Shown: positions 9,735 through 20,343, counted from the first letter of the stretch. The stretch is 64,000 bases of DNA from Gemmatimonadales bacterium (GCA_965249575.1 OZ252244.1:2752001-2816000); one strand, 5' to 3'. Notes: generated by a model from the letters alone, not told the origin. Numbers and translations are program-made.

Positions 9735-10379
9735 TTGAAGGCGATCGGAACGCGGTCTCTCGGAAGTCTGACGTCTCTCTCGCTGGTTGACGTGCCACAG
9801 CCGGAGCCGGGACCGGGGGAGGTGCGTGTCCGCGTGCACGCATCCGCCGTCAATCCGGTGGACATCGAAGTCGTTCGCTGGGGAGGTCCTGCGCGACTCC
9901 TCCACGCGAAGGTCTCCCCCCTGGTTCCCGGCTACGACCTGTCAGGCGTCGTCGACATGGTCGGCGCGGGAGTCGAAGACCTCTCCGCGGGCAACGCCGT
10001 ATTCGGCCACCTCGCCTACAGCCGCAAGACCCGGCAGGGTACGTTCGCAGAGCTGGTCACGATTGATGCGACGCAGGTCGCGAACAAGCCAGAGGGCGTG
10101 GACCACAGGACAGCAGCGGCCGCAGCGACCGTCGGGCTGACGGCAGTAGTTGCGACGGGCATCCCGTCGTGGCTGCGGGTAACGGCGGTTGCGATGCCCT
10201 ACGTCTTCATTACGATCGATGTCTTCTCGTGGTGGGCCACGAAATGGGTGCCGGCGGCCGCCTACCTGACGATCTTGGGCGGTTTCGGCTACGCGGTCTC
10301 CTCAGGCTTCATGATCCTGACCTCGCTGTATCAGATGTGGTGGCCGATGGGATCTCGTCGCGGAATGTCTGTGAGCTGA
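9735..10379 (+). pseudogene. N-terminal half of an MDR/NADP oxidoreductase fused in frame to an unrelated membrane-protein C-terminus
   Basis: PEPGPGEVRVRVHASAVNPVD..PGYDLSGVV..GTFAE..AAAATVGLTA, then an abrupt switch near 10145 to hydrophobic ..DVFSWWATK..SLYQMWWP. Confidence 0.7.
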
Positions 10380-10650
10380 TCGTGGTCGAGAACTTCTTCG
10401 AGGAGTTGAAGGCGAAGGTCCCGCGATGACCGAGATCACCGCCCGCCTCTCGACCGCACTCGCCGACCGCTACCGCATCGGGCGCCACTTGGGTGAAGGC
10501 GGCATGGCGACGGTCTACCTTGCCGAGGACCTCAAGCACAAGCGGAAGGTGGCCGTCAAGGTCCTGCGGCCCGAACTGGCCGCCATGCTCGGGGCCGAGC
10601 GGTTCGTCCAGAAAATCAAGACCACCAAGAATCTCCAGCATTCGCACGTC
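10373..10650 (+). pseudogene. Ser/Thr kinase tail/head junction J1
   Basis: ELIVVENFFEELKAKVPR* overlapping (ATGA) MTEITARLSTALADRYRIGRHLGEGGMATVYLAEDLKHKRKVAVKVLRPE..LQHSHV, then truncated. Confidence 0.85.
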
Positions 10651-10842
10651 ATGCTGAAACGACCACAATCACTACCGGACAAACATTTCTCTGGGTCACC
10701 TGACACGAATTCGGCACCCTGAAGCGGGAATATCCTAGACACGTACCGTACCTATTTGGACGCGAGCTCAAAACGTCAGATGCCGACCCTCGGCATATTT
10801 CATTTACTGAGGAAACCTTCGCATTCAAATTAGGGACAACAT

Positions 10843-11643
10843 TTGAGCCAAACCATGATTCCCTGCCCAACTAGCATTACGCATCAACACTTGCTCTCGG
10901 CTATCGTGACTGAAGCCGGTGATCGGCCCACCCTTAGTGTTGCAGATATAGGTTGTGGTGGCGGCGAATTGACGCGCTATCTCAGGTCAGCATTGCCGCA
11001 ACTGCTAACAGGTTGCAACATTGATGTGTCTGGATTTGACGTATCCGATTTCGCTCCCGATGACAATACAAATCTCGAATTCGACACCCCCACGGTGAGG
11101 ACCGGAGATCCGTGGCCGTATAGTGATCACTCAGTCGACGTGATGATTTCCAACCAGGTGCTTGAACATGTCGGCGACGCGCAGTTTTTCTTTGCAGAGA
11201 CGTCTCGCTGTCTCAAGCTTGATGGGGTCGCGATCCATCTGTTTCCTCTAAAGAACGTGATCTGGGAAGGGCACATATACGTTCCGCTGGCACACCGCAT
11301 TACGAAGCCAATCTTTATCAGAGCCATGGGGCACATGTTTGGGACAAAACGCGGGAAGAATGTTCCCGGGGGACACGAGCGAGAGTTCGGCGAATGTGCT
11401 GCGGAATACATTCGGAATTACACCGCGTATCGGACGAGGAGTCAGATTGCACGTGCTGCCAATTCTAATGGTCTTCGTGCTTCGTTCGAATACACGCCAT
11501 ACTTCTACACGTCGAAACTTCGGGCCATTGCCAAACGGTCTCCCAAGTTGAAATACCGTAAACGGCCTGTGCTGGAGAACCTCAGTTCGTACTTATTGAG
11601 CTATGTCAGTTCAATAACGCTTGTGTTGCGCCACAGCAGCTGA
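10843..11643 (+). CDS. Class I SAM-dependent methyltransferase (visibly lower GC)
   Basis: VADIGCGGG motif I, SVDVMISNQVLEHV, RCLKLDG; AT-richer codons than the flanks. Confidence 0.85.
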   Translation: MSQTMIPCPTSITHQHLLSAIVTEAGDRPTLSVADIGCGGGELTRYLRSALPQLLTGCNIDVSGFDVSDFAPDDNTNLEFDTPTVRTGDPWPYSDHSVDVMISNQVLEHVGDAQFFFAETSRCLKLDGVAIHLFPLKNVIWEGHIYVPLAHRITKPIFIRAMGHMFGTKRGKNVPGGHEREFGECAAEYIRNYTAYRTRSQIARAANSNGLRASFEYTPYFYTSKLRAIAKRSPKLKYRKRPVLENLSSYLLSYVSSITLVLRHSS

Positions 11644-11746
11644 AAGGGCGAAGCTCACACATCCAGAACGTTGCTAAGCGGTTGACCGCCGGAAGTCTTT
11701 AGCTATGTCGCCAACGTTTTATGATGCCCCCTCCCACACCGCGCGG

Positions 11747-11776
11747 TTCGAGGAGTTGAAGGCCAAGGTGGGGAAT
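11747..11776 (+). repeat. Kinase C-terminal remnant
   Basis: TTCGAGGAGTTGAAGGCCAAGGTGGGGAAT = FEELKAKVGN. Confidence 0.7.
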
Positions 11777-12144
11777 TCAGCGGTGGCCTGGGCCCAAGTC
11801 CAAACCGCTGGGCACGGCTCGGCGCTCGTAGATTGATTTCCCACGTTTCGAAGCGGGACCGTGAGCCGCACAAGGGCCTCGCACATCGCCAGGGTAAGGA
11901 TCACCGACACGCTGAGGAGTCCGAGTCTCCGAAGACCGATCACAACGGCGTCAGTTCGCACCCCGCGTCCCGGCGAGCGCCCTCGTGCGTCGAACAAACA
12001 ACCGCTGGGCCTTGTCGGCCGACAAGGCGTCGATCAACTGGGATCACGGCGAACTGAGGCATGAAGTGAATCTACGGGTCCGGCGCTGACCGGACAGCGT
12101 CCCAACCCCGCATACTGGTGTCCCCCAAATGCCCTACCTGGCTC

Positions 12145-12318
12145 CGGATTCGCGAGCTCGCACAAACGCCCGGTGTGGACGTCGTCTGCCCGCGGTGCGA
12201 CAACCGGCTGAGCTTTCACGGCCCGGAGGACCGGGGAATGCGGATCCTGGTGCGCTGCGCGGCCCGCCCGCGGTCTCTCTTCGTGAGCGGCTTGGCTGTT
12301 GACCCCGATGCCGGGTAG
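12145..12318 (+). pseudogene. 5'-truncated copy B of the small Zn-ribbon protein
   Basis: RIRELAQTPGVDVVCPRCDNRLSFHGP..ILVRCAARPRSLFVSGL aligns to the 17704 and 39948 copies. Confidence 0.65.
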
Positions 12319-12562
12319 GCCTTTGGCGGCGCAACCGAAGACGCTGGGCTACTACCTCTCGGTCTCCTATACCCGGCACGCGGTGGTGGAGTACGACGCT
12401 GTCGGGACTCCCCACTGGAGCGTCCGGGTCACGGAGCTGGCGGACTGCCCAACTGGAAGCGGGGCGTCGTACCAGGCCGCAACGGTCAGCCTCGACAAGG
12501 CGCTAAGGGCGTATATCGAAGCAAAGCTGGAGACAGGGGGAGCATGGCTGAGCCTGTGTTAG
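12308..12562 (+). CDS. HicB-like antitoxin (degenerate; no HicA partner seen)
   Basis: KTLGYYLSVSY..WSVRVTELADC..GASYQAATVSLDKALRAYIEAKLETG, HicB N-domain pattern. Confidence 0.55.
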   Translation: MPGRPLAAQPKTLGYYLSVSYTRHAVVEYDAVGTPHWSVRVTELADCPTGSGASYQAATVSLDKALRAYIEAKLETGGAWLSLC

Positions 12563-12675
12563 CCATCCGACACGATCGCTGGTGGCGACGCCAACCTTGG
12601 GGTATCATACGGGGGGCATTGTCGGGAGACGCCTTGCGACGTGACCCGAGCGGCCGGTAGGGACTCAACTAGCCT

Positions 12676-14742
12676 TTGGCAAGCTTAGGGAGGCAGAAGT
12701 CGGGAATCTGTCAGCTTCTGCGGAGCGATTCCGCGTTACCCGCTCGATTGCTCCTGGTATTCTTCCTCGCCGCTGGACTGCTCTCGGTCGTTGGGTGCGA
12801 TGATCCCTCTAGCCCAGGGAAGGTGGCCACGGTGCGGGTTTCGCCCGCGGCCGCCACGCTCGCCGCTCTGGGCGACACGACACGGTTCGTCGTGGTAGCA
12901 AAGGATTCCAAGGGCAACACTACGTGGGGGCAGACCCTATTTGCCTGGTCGTCTTCCGACCCCCAAGTAGCCACAGTTGATTCCGTCACCGGATTGGCAA
13001 CCGCAGTGGCCAACGGCACAGCCTCGATCATCGCGTCGACAGAGGGCATCCAGGGCGCAGCTTCGCTCACGGTCGCGCAGGCAGTCTCGAGGATCGAGGT
13101 GACGCCGGATCGCTCCGCGCTGACCGCCCTGGGGGACACGGTGCACTTCGCGGCGCGAGCGAACGATCTCCTCGGCAACCCAATCCCTGACACCACGTTT
13201 GCCTGGCATTCCTCAGATACGGCGGTGGTGAAGGTCGACGGGGCTGGGCGTGCGACCGCGGTAGGATATGGATCAGTAACCATCACCGCGACCGCAGAGG
13301 GCGTCGCAGGCGCTGCGTCGATCACCATCACCCGAACTGGGATGCGCCCTCGGTTCGAACCCGCGCACATCGTATTCCCCGTCTATCCGGGCCGCACGCT
13401 GTCTCCTGCATGGGGTGATTTCGATAACGATGGGGATCTCGACTTGCCACTTGCCCGCAACGAAGGGGCCGCCGCCTTCGCTGAGATCCCCGGCTTCCGT
13501 GCGCTCCTGAACGACGGCAACTATCATGGTGCGAGTTGGGGCGATTACGACAACGATGGATTCCTGGATCTCGTCGTCCTCGCGTACGAGACAGGCCGCA
13601 GCCTCCTCCTCCATAATGAAGGGGACGGGACGTTTCAGAATGTGGCCCCGCTTCTCGGAATGGATATCGAAGGGAGCGGCGAAACGGCGGTGTGGGGTGA
13701 TTTCGACGGTGACGGCGATCAGGACCTCTTCACGCCCTACTACTCGCACATCAGTCCGTTCCAATCGTTTCTCTATCGCAACGAGGGAAACGGTACGTTC
13801 ACGGATATCGCGGACGATGCCCGGGTCTCCCTCCGATCGCTGCCGGAGCGGCTTCGCCCGGAAGGCGCCCACGCAGCGGACATCAACGGAGATGGAAGCC
13901 TCGACCTGTACTGTGCGCATCACCTGTTCATCAACCAAAACGACGGCACCTTCAAGGACGTGCGCGAGGCGGTCGGGCTGCCGGCGGTGTTCGACGAAGG
14001 GTCGGAGTTCGTCGACTACGATAACGATGGCGACCTGGACCTCTATCTTCGGACGGTCGCCGGTGGCCGTCTCTTCCGCTGGGACGGCGCGGCGTTCGAG
14101 GACGTCACGGCGCGTTCGGGCATCCCCGCCACGACCCTGATGTGGGGCGACAGCTGGGCGGACGTCGACCACGACGGGGACGTGGACCTCCTCTACTTCT
14201 CGCGGACCGAGCCGGCCCGGTTGCTGATCAACCATGGTAATGGGACGTTTCACGAGGATCGGGCCTTCAGCCGCCTCGGAGTCATGGCGGACAATTCCGC
14301 ATGGGGAGACTACGACAACGATGGCGATCTCGATGTCGTCGTGGGAGCGAATGCCTGGCGGCTCTATCGAAACGAGCTGGATAGTTCCGCGGAGTTTCCG
14401 AACTCCTATCTCCAGGTGGTGGTCCTGAATGCGCAGGGTCACCGAACGCAACACGGCGCGACCGTACGGCTCAGGCGCGCCGATGTCGATGACGGCCAGA
14501 TCCAAACCCGCGTCGTCGATGGGGGGTCCGGCTATCTCAGCCAGAATCAGTACGCCACGCATTTCGGCGTGGTCGCGGGGGGCGTCTACGCGATCGAAGT
14601 GGTCTTCCCGAGCGGCTCGGGGGGACCGCTGGTCCTTGATGCGCGATCCCAGCCTTCGCTCGGCGGCATTGTCCCCGAGGAACTCGCCGATAAGAACATC
14701 ACGGTCTACCGGGACGGTCGGGTGATGATCTCGGGCCGTTGA
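12676..14742 (+). CDS. Putative lipoprotein with 2 Ig-like (Big_2) domains, FG-GAP/VCBS repeats and ASPIC/UnbV domain (CRTAC1-like)
   Basis: Lipobox-like LSVVGC; FAWSSSDPQVATVD x2; repeated WGD[FY]DNDGDLDL; GGSGYLSQN..HFG; start uncertain. Confidence 0.88.
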   Translation: MASLGRQKSGICQLLRSDSALPARLLLVFFLAAGLLSVVGCDDPSSPGKVATVRVSPAAATLAALGDTTRFVVVAKDSKGNTTWGQTLFAWSSSDPQVATVDSVTGLATAVANGTASIIASTEGIQGAASLTVAQAVSRIEVTPDRSALTALGDTVHFAARANDLLGNPIPDTTFAWHSSDTAVVKVDGAGRATAVGYGSVTITATAEGVAGAASITITRTGMRPRFEPAHIVFPVYPGRTLSPAWGDFDNDGDLDLPLARNEGAAAFAEIPGFRALLNDGNYHGASWGDYDNDGFLDLVVLAYETGRSLLLHNEGDGTFQNVAPLLGMDIEGSGETAVWGDFDGDGDQDLFTPYYSHISPFQSFLYRNEGNGTFTDIADDARVSLRSLPERLRPEGAHAADINGDGSLDLYCAHHLFINQNDGTFKDVREAVGLPAVFDEGSEFVDYDNDGDLDLYLRTVAGGRLFRWDGAAFEDVTARSGIPATTLMWGDSWADVDHDGDVDLLYFSRTEPARLLINHGNGTFHEDRAFSRLGVMADNSAWGDYDNDGDLDVVVGANAWRLYRNELDSSAEFPNSYLQVVVLNAQGHRTQHGATVRLRRADVDDGQIQTRVVDGGSGYLSQNQYATHFGVVAGGVYAIEVVFPSGSGGPLVLDARSQPSLGGIVPEELADKNITVYRDGRVMISGR

Positions 14743-14963
14743 CGTTACCATCGTTTTCGGCCAATCAAGCCTTACTTTTTCCCGCGGCGGTAGCGGGGAG
14801 CCACGGGGGGAGCGTTCCAGTCGCATGAACGTCCTGTGTCGGTGACCCCCCATGAACGATGCGTGACCTTCCCGACACCGGTCAGCATGGACGTCCCAAC
14901 TCCGCACCGTGATGTCCCAATCGCACCCTAGGCAGCTGACCCGGCCCGGTGCACCATCGCACG

Positions 14964-15324
14964 GTGGCCCGGATCCTGGTTGTTGACGGCGAGTCAGCCT
15001 TCCGCACCGCCCTGCGGGAGGCGCTGGGGGGTCAGGGGTACGAGGTCGTCGAAGCCGCCGAGGGCCGGCAGGCCCTGCTCGCCCTCCAGGATGCCTCGGT
15101 GGATATCGTCCTCGTGGACCTGTTCGTGCCCGGCCCGGCCGGCCTCGAGCTCCTGATCGAGTTGCAGGTGCGGTGGCGTGCCGGTCATCGCGATGGCCAG
15201 GCGCGGACACGATGATCTTGACGTCCTCAAACTCACGCACCTGTTACCCTCAGTGGGCGTCCTGCCCAAGCCGCTAGCGCCAGCGACGCTGCTTGCGGCG
15301 GTTGGCGACGCGCTAGGGGTGTAA
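14964..15324 (+). pseudogene. Response-regulator receiver domain, frameshifted
   Basis: ARILVVDGE..GYEVVEAAEG..DIVLVDLFVPGPAG, then VPVIAM and VLPKPLAPATLLAAV in other frames. Confidence 0.75.
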
Positions 15325-15399
15325 GGCGGGTGATGAACCTAGCGAGGGGCGAGTGCGCCGGCCGTGTAGACGAACAGTGCCAGGTCGTTCACCCCGTAG

Positions 15400-15543
15400 A
15401 AGAGGTCGCCTGAAAACGTAGAGCATGACCAAGCCAACTGCCCACACCGCAGCCAAGACAACGGGCGGGAACAGCAGAGAGCGGCAGACCACGTAGGCGC
15501 CGACACCAACGCATACAAGAGTCAGAGCCGTCAGCAGATACAA
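15400..15543 (-). pseudogene. N-terminal fragment of a polytopic membrane protein (possibly Wzy-like)
   Basis: MYLLTALTLVCVGVGAYVVCRSLLFPPVVLAAVWAVGLVMLYVF then loss of frame. Confidence 0.35.
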
Positions 15544-15720
15544 TGAGACGTCCCTCGGCGGATTCCTGACGCAATAGGATACGGGTTCGGTACGTGTGTC
15601 TCAAGCCGTGTTCGCGCCAGCAGATCGGCAGGCAAATACCGCCCCGAGGCGTGGCTGGCTCGGGGCGGTATTACGGACGCTGCCATCAGCCGCCGCGGGG
15701 ATGATGCTTCACCCACGGCC

Positions 15721-16142
15721 CTACTTTGCAGTATAGGTCAGGTGGATCATCAATTCGTCCTTGTTCCCCCAACTCATCGGTGATCCAGACGACAACGGCG
15801 TCGCCGAGTTGTTGAAGTACACGGCGAGTTTCGACTGACCGAGCGGCGCAACGGTGACCGCACCTCCCACGTACCGCTTCTTACTGCTGTCGTCGTATAC
15901 CAGAGCCGTGCCCACGTAGGTATACCCCCCCTTGGCAACACGTTGCAACAAGTCGTCGGGCAATCGGTTTAAATCCACTTTGCCCACCAACGTCCGGCTC
16001 TCGATCTCCCGCCGATCCGTCCACCCCAGATTCTTCAACGCGAAGATCGGGCCCGCACACCGCGGCCGATCCAACCGCCGCTCATAGCTCGCCGCCACCA
16101 TCAAGCGCGCCCTTTTTACCGCCTGACTAAACGCGGGCGGCG
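15721..16142 (-). pseudogene. Terminase small subunit C-terminal fragment fused in frame to an unrelated beta-rich C-terminus
   Basis: PAFSQAVKRARLMVAASYERRL..AGPIFALKNLGWTDRREIE (gp3-type TerS pattern), switching near 15925 to YTYVGTALVYD..LMIHLTYTAK*. Confidence 0.6.
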
Positions 16143-16164
16143 TCGCGTGAACTCCTCCGCCGGA

Positions 16165-16853
16165 GGGGACTGGCTTGTGATTGCCCCGTTGATCGTGCTC
16201 AGTGCCGTCCCGGTGGCCGCCGGTGCCGCCCGCCTCGCCCAGCTGACCAGCGGCGTGGACATCACGCCGGAGAACGCACGGTTCTTCGCCGCGCTCCTGC
16301 CCGTGGTGTTGCACATCATCAGCGCCAGCCTGTTCGCCATCTTGGGAGCCTTCCAGTTCGCCCCTGGATTCCGCCACCGGAGCCCCGGCTGGGGCACCGC
16401 GTCGCTGGGCAGATCTTGGTCCCATGCGGGCTTGTTGCCGCGCTTTCAGGCCTGTTGATGACCGCGGTCTATCCGCGCCCTGGCGGCGATGGTGGTCTCC
16501 TTGCTGGCTTCCGGCTCGTATTCGGCTCGGCCATGGTCTTGTCCATCCTCTTCGGCCTCGCCGCAATCCGGCGACGGGACTTCGCCCGGCACCGCGCCTG
16601 GATGATTCGTGGCTATGCGATCGGCCTAGGCGCAGGGACACACGTGCTGACCGGTTTACCCTGGATCCTGATCCTCGGCACGCCGGGCGAGCTTCCCAGA
16701 GCGCTGCTCATGGGCGCCGGTTGGGTGATCAATCTTGGTGTGGCCGAATGGATCATCCGTGGGCGGCCGATGCCGGAGCATGTGGGCGGTACGTATCCGC
16801 CGATCGCAGCGCACAAACGGGACAGGCAAGAGATCGAGCGTCGAGATGTTTGA
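16165..16853 (+). pseudogene. DUF2306-like membrane protein, 5'-truncated and frameshifted near 16390
   Basis: LIVLSAVPVAAGAARL..ENARFF..LHIISASLFAILGAFQF; second frame HRAWMIRGYAIGLGAGT. Confidence 0.8.
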
Positions 16854-17514
16854 CTCCGTTATCCACCTGATCGAGGAATCGGGTGCCTGGATGTACATCC
16901 TCGCGCCCCTCTTCACGGTAACCGTCGCGATCCTCCCGATCCCCGCGGAGCTCCCCGCGATGGTGAACGGGATGATCTTCGGACCGCTCGTCGGTGCGTT
17001 GATGACGTGGAGTGCGGCACTTGTGGGCGCGCTTGTGAGCTTCGAACTCGCGCGGCGATTCGGGCGTCCGCTTGCTGAAAAGGCTCTGTCACCGGTCGCG
17101 CTCGCGAGAGCCGATGGAGCGATGATCTCAGCCGGGTGGCCTGGCTTCCTCACGGTACGATTCATACCTACGGTTGCGTTTACACTCATCAACTGGACGG
17201 CCGGCCTCACGTCGATTCGTCGCGCGACCTTTGTGTGGACCACCGCGATCGGCATCGTACCGGGTGTGATCGCATTCACACTATCCGGGGCCGGCCTCGG
17301 GACCCTGTACCACCGCTACCAGCAGCTACCATTCGGCGTTGGGCTCCTCGGGATATTCTTAATGGCGTGGATGGTCTTTCGCTTCCGCGAGCGCACGGGC
17401 TTAGGTCTAGGCCGATTGCGAAATGAATCGCTGCGAGTTGAGGGGAGGTCCCCGAGACGATCGCGGTGCGAGCTGATACGGAGGGATACTGATGCCCGAA
17501 CAGCGACGTTCTGA
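16846..17514 (+). CDS. TVP38/TMEM64 (VTT/DedA) family membrane protein
   Basis: PIPAELPAMVNGMIFG..FELARRFGR..VRFIPTVAFTLINWTAGLT..GIVPG. Confidence 0.85.
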   Translation: MFDSVIHLIEESGAWMYILAPLFTVTVAILPIPAELPAMVNGMIFGPLVGALMTWSAALVGALVSFELARRFGRPLAEKALSPVALARADGAMISAGWPGFLTVRFIPTVAFTLINWTAGLTSIRRATFVWTTAIGIVPGVIAFTLSGAGLGTLYHRYQQLPFGVGLLGIFLMAWMVFRFRERTGLGLGRLRNESLRVEGRSPRRSRCELIRRDTDARTATF

Positions 17515-17922
17515 AAACATGGTGATCGGGGTCATCCTCGTGTTGGTGATCGCCAGCTTCGTCTTTGGAACGGTTCCATGACGGTCGGGGGTGGAGCCGG
17601 CCGACCGGAACGCCGGTGGAGCGGCGGGCTAGAGGAATCCCCGATAGCCAGCTCCCGCGTCTCGGTCGCATACTTAACAGAGCGTCGAACAAGGGGTGTG
17701 TCGGTGACCGAGCGCGATACCGACGCAGCGTACTCACCACAAGAAGCCGACCGCATTCGTGAGATGGTCCTCGCGCCCGGCGCGCAGGTCGAGTGTCCGC
17801 GATGCGGTGAGCTCCTGACCTTTCACGGACCGGTCACGCAGAAGGGGACTGGGAAGGCGGTCCTTCTCGTGCGTTGCGCCACCTACCGGCGCCAACTCTT
17901 CGTCAGTGGACGGTCCGAGTGA
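17512..17922 (+). repeat. ~400-bp module (small TM protein tail, intergenic region, Zn-ribbon ORF) repeated at 39755-40149
   Basis: Shared GCTTCGTCTTT..CCATGACGG..CCCGATAGCCAGCTCCCG..GCATACTTA..GGTGTGTCGGTGACCGAGCGCGATACCGA. Confidence 0.85.
17704..17922 (+). CDS. Small Zn-ribbon-like protein, copy C (72 aa)
   Basis: VTERDTDAAYSPQEADRIREM..ECPRCGELLTFHGP..VRCATYRRQLFVSG; second Cys pair reads CxxY. Confidence 0.65.
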   Translation: MTERDTDAAYSPQEADRIREMVLAPGAQVECPRCGELLTFHGPVTQKGTGKAVLLVRCATYRRQLFVSGRSE

Positions 17923-18536
17923 AATGTGGTGAGCGGTGGATCAGGCCTCGACTGGCTCGTTCAGAGTTTCGACGTCGGTCCGAACCCCACCCAGAACGGC
18001 CAACATCCTCCTGCTCGCTATTGGCCCGACATGGTACTAGGAGTCGTTGTCGACACGCGGCGGATTCGGAATTCGGAGTGCTACTAGAGGTGAAGAATCA
18101 TCGCACCTTTACACGGCGCTGTGCCGCAACTATGCCGATAAGGTGCTGAGAAGGACGGCCCGAGCACTCCCCGTGCACTCATGCTTAGCCTTCAGGGAAG
18201 GGCTGGGCTTGCCCGCCAAGGCCACCGCATACCTGACTAACGCCTGATATGTGCGCAGGAATCGCAACGCGAGCGCTGTGAGTTCCTGAGCCTCCGTAGC
18301 GTCCGCTGATTTGCCCCAGTCGATTCGCTCGCGAGCTGCTTCGACAGTGAGCATTGCGTGCGTGGCCGGGATGAGGGAGGAACCGCATGGGGGCGTCCAA
18401 GATCGAGACGCCCCCACGATAGGGTCTAAGTGTCAACAAACTCTCAACAACTGTCATAGACACACGGAGCGCATGGGGGTTCGCGAGCTAGGGCTCAACA
18501 TCGCCCAATCATGACCCACGTCTTCAGTAACTCAAC

Positions 18537-18720
18537 CTAGTGCTTGCCCGCCACGAGCTGCTGAAACCGCGGATGGTCGCGCAGCGGGTCCCAGGTGGGA
18601 TCGATTCTGAGCCCCGGAACGGCAGTGTTTGAGGGAACCGCTAACAACCGTTCGAGTCGATCAATCGCGGCGTCGTACTCGCCGACCATCGTGTAGATCC
18701 GCGCCAAGTCTCGCACCCTG
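18537..18720 (-). pseudogene. C-terminal TPR tail of a TolB-like/TPR signalling protein
   Basis: RVRDLARIYTMVGEYDAAIDRLERLL..LRIDPTWDPLRDHPRFQQLV; paralogous to 48791-48977. Confidence 0.8.
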
Positions 18721-18741
18721 AAGGCTCCTCGCCACCTGCAT

Positions 18742-19059
18742 GTGGCCGTCCTGTACGAGGCGGCGGTGTACGCGATGTGGCGGCAGGGCCTCCTTCCGGC
18801 AAGCCGCTGTCCGGGGTGGCTGTGGCTCGTCATAGGTGGCATCGTCGGCCTCGGAATCTTCTTCGGCCTCTACCGTTGGCAGAACGTGTGGTTTGCGAGG
18901 GTGGTCTGGGCTGTCCACGGACTCCGACTGCCCGCCCTGATCAAGGCTGCGTTCTTTGCGGGCGAAGCGGCGCGACTTCCCTCGATTTTCTATTTGACGG
19001 CGATGGTCGTGGTCGTCATAAACCTGTGGATGCTGGCCCGCGCGGCGTGGGATCTGTGA
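18742..19059 (+). CDS. Hypothetical membrane protein (probably 5'-truncated)
   Basis: Three hydrophobic segments, ends INLWMLARAAWDL. Confidence 0.45.
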   Translation: MAVLYEAAVYAMWRQGLLPASRCPGWLWLVIGGIVGLGIFFGLYRWQNVWFARVVWAVHGLRLPALIKAAFFAGEAARLPSIFYLTAMVVVVINLWMLARAAWDL

Positions 19060-19393
19060 CGTTCCGAACCTACGGGCCATGGAGGGGGGATCGCTCAGAT
19101 CTCGGAGCCCAGGTTGCGGCGCAGCGTGAGCGCGCGAGGAAGCGGCTTCGCCAGGTAAACAAGGTCAAGGAGAGAGGCACACCGGCGTTCGCACCGGGTT
19201 ATGGTCGCATAGATATGGAGAATGGATCCATCTACTATCAGTTCGTAGTACGACGACCTGAAGTAGAGAAGCTATCCAGGCGCGACGTAGCAGATGCTTG
19301 CTGCCAGCTAGCCGCCGACAAGGCGCCTCCCAGCTCCCAAACGGCGTGCGTGATCAGTTAAAGAACATTCCCGAAATCGCCGGCTGCATTGAG

Positions 19394-19415
19394 AAAGGCG
19401 GCTGATAACGCCGCC
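19394..19415 (-). terminator. Putative intrinsic terminator after iscA
   Basis: GGCGGC-N7-GCCGCC hairpin followed by TTT on the minus strand. Confidence 0.4.
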
Positions 19416-19450
19416 CCTTACCACGCACTGGTTGCTGTGACGAGGCAGGA

Positions 19451-19831
19451 TCACACAGAGAAGCTTATCCCACACCCGCAGTTGCCCGTCTCGTTAGGGT
19501 TTTGAAAAACGAACCGCGATTCCTGCATTGACGAGATCCAATCGACGATCATCCCATTGATGTACTGCGCGCTGAACTCGCTGACGAACACACGGGTATT
19601 GTTGAGTTCGATGGTCGTGTCGCCGGAATCAGGACCTTCTGCGATCCTCACGTCGTAGTTGAAACCGGAGCATCCCCCTACCACAACCCCCACCCTCAGG
19701 CCAGCGGTTTCCGGCAACCCACCGTTGACAACATCGCGCACCCGCTTCGCCGCCTCGTCGGTGATGGTGAGGGTGAAATCGTTGTTCAGGACGTTGAGTT
19801 GAGACGAGTTACGCATCGTTGTATTCGTCAA
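19451..19831 (-). CDS. iscA: HesB/IscA family A-type Fe-S carrier
   Basis: LRVGVVVGGCSGFNY..FVFQNPN..CGCGISFSV. Confidence 0.92.
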   Translation of the reverse strand: MTNTTMRNSSQLNVLNNDFTLTITDEAAKRVRDVVNGGLPETAGLRVGVVVGGCSGFNYDVRIAEGPDSGDTTIELNNTRVFVSEFSAQYINGMIVDWISSMQESRFVFQNPNETGNCGCGISFSV

Positions 19832-19845
19832 CGCTGACGCCGCCG

Positions 19846-20313
19846 TTACGGGGCCTCCGCGCAGTATCTGTCAAAGGCCGTTCTGAGCTCCACCGCGATC
19901 GCCTCCGCCGACCGACCTTCGATATCTTGCCGTTCTAACATATGCACGAGCTGGGCGTCCTTGAAGAGCACGATTTGGGGTGACGAAGGCGGGTAGCCTA
20001 TGAAGTGGCTACGGGCACGCTCCACGGCATCGGTCTCCATGCCGGCGAATACGGTGGCGAGCCGGTCGGGGCGGACACTGTGTTCCAACGCGAGTCTCAC
20101 TCCCGGCCGCGCTTTGCCCGCCGCGCATCCGCACACCGAGTTCACCACCACGAGCACGCTGCCATCGGCTGCTGAGCCGAGGACTTGGTCCACCTCTTCG
20201 GGGGTCAGCAGCTCCTCAAAGCCTATCTGCGTGAGTTCATCCCGCAGGGGTTGAACCATCACCGGATCGTACAGAGCTGTTCTCATTCTCGTCCTCCCGC
20301 TGCCGCCTGCCAT
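19846..20313 (-). CDS. BrxA/BrxB family bacilliredoxin
   Basis: VVNSVCGCAAGKARPG..TVFAG..PPSSPQIVLFKD; start may be downstream. Confidence 0.9.
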   Translation of the reverse strand: MAGGSGRTRMRTALYDPVMVQPLRDELTQIGFEELLTPEEVDQVLGSAADGSVLVVVNSVCGCAAGKARPGVRLALEHSVRPDRLATVFAGMETDAVERARSHFIGYPPSSPQIVLFKDAQLVHMLERQDIEGRSAEAIAVELRTAFDRYCAEAP

Positions 20314-20343
20314 GGCTTCCTCGAGCCCCGGCTTGGTCGGCGC

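Noticed and set aside
12308..12562. Functional HicAB toxin-antitoxin system
   Set aside because: No HicA-like ORF adjacent; HicB-like ORF is short and degenerate
13390..14345. Repeated GGCGA(C/T)TACGACAACGATGG-like DNA
   Set aside because: Explained by coding FG-GAP repeats
13273..15240. 655-aa minus-strand ORF and other long antisense ORFs (50106-51509, 57495-58661, 410-1321)
   Set aside because: Shadows of well-supported genes on the opposite strand in GC-rich DNA; no motifs
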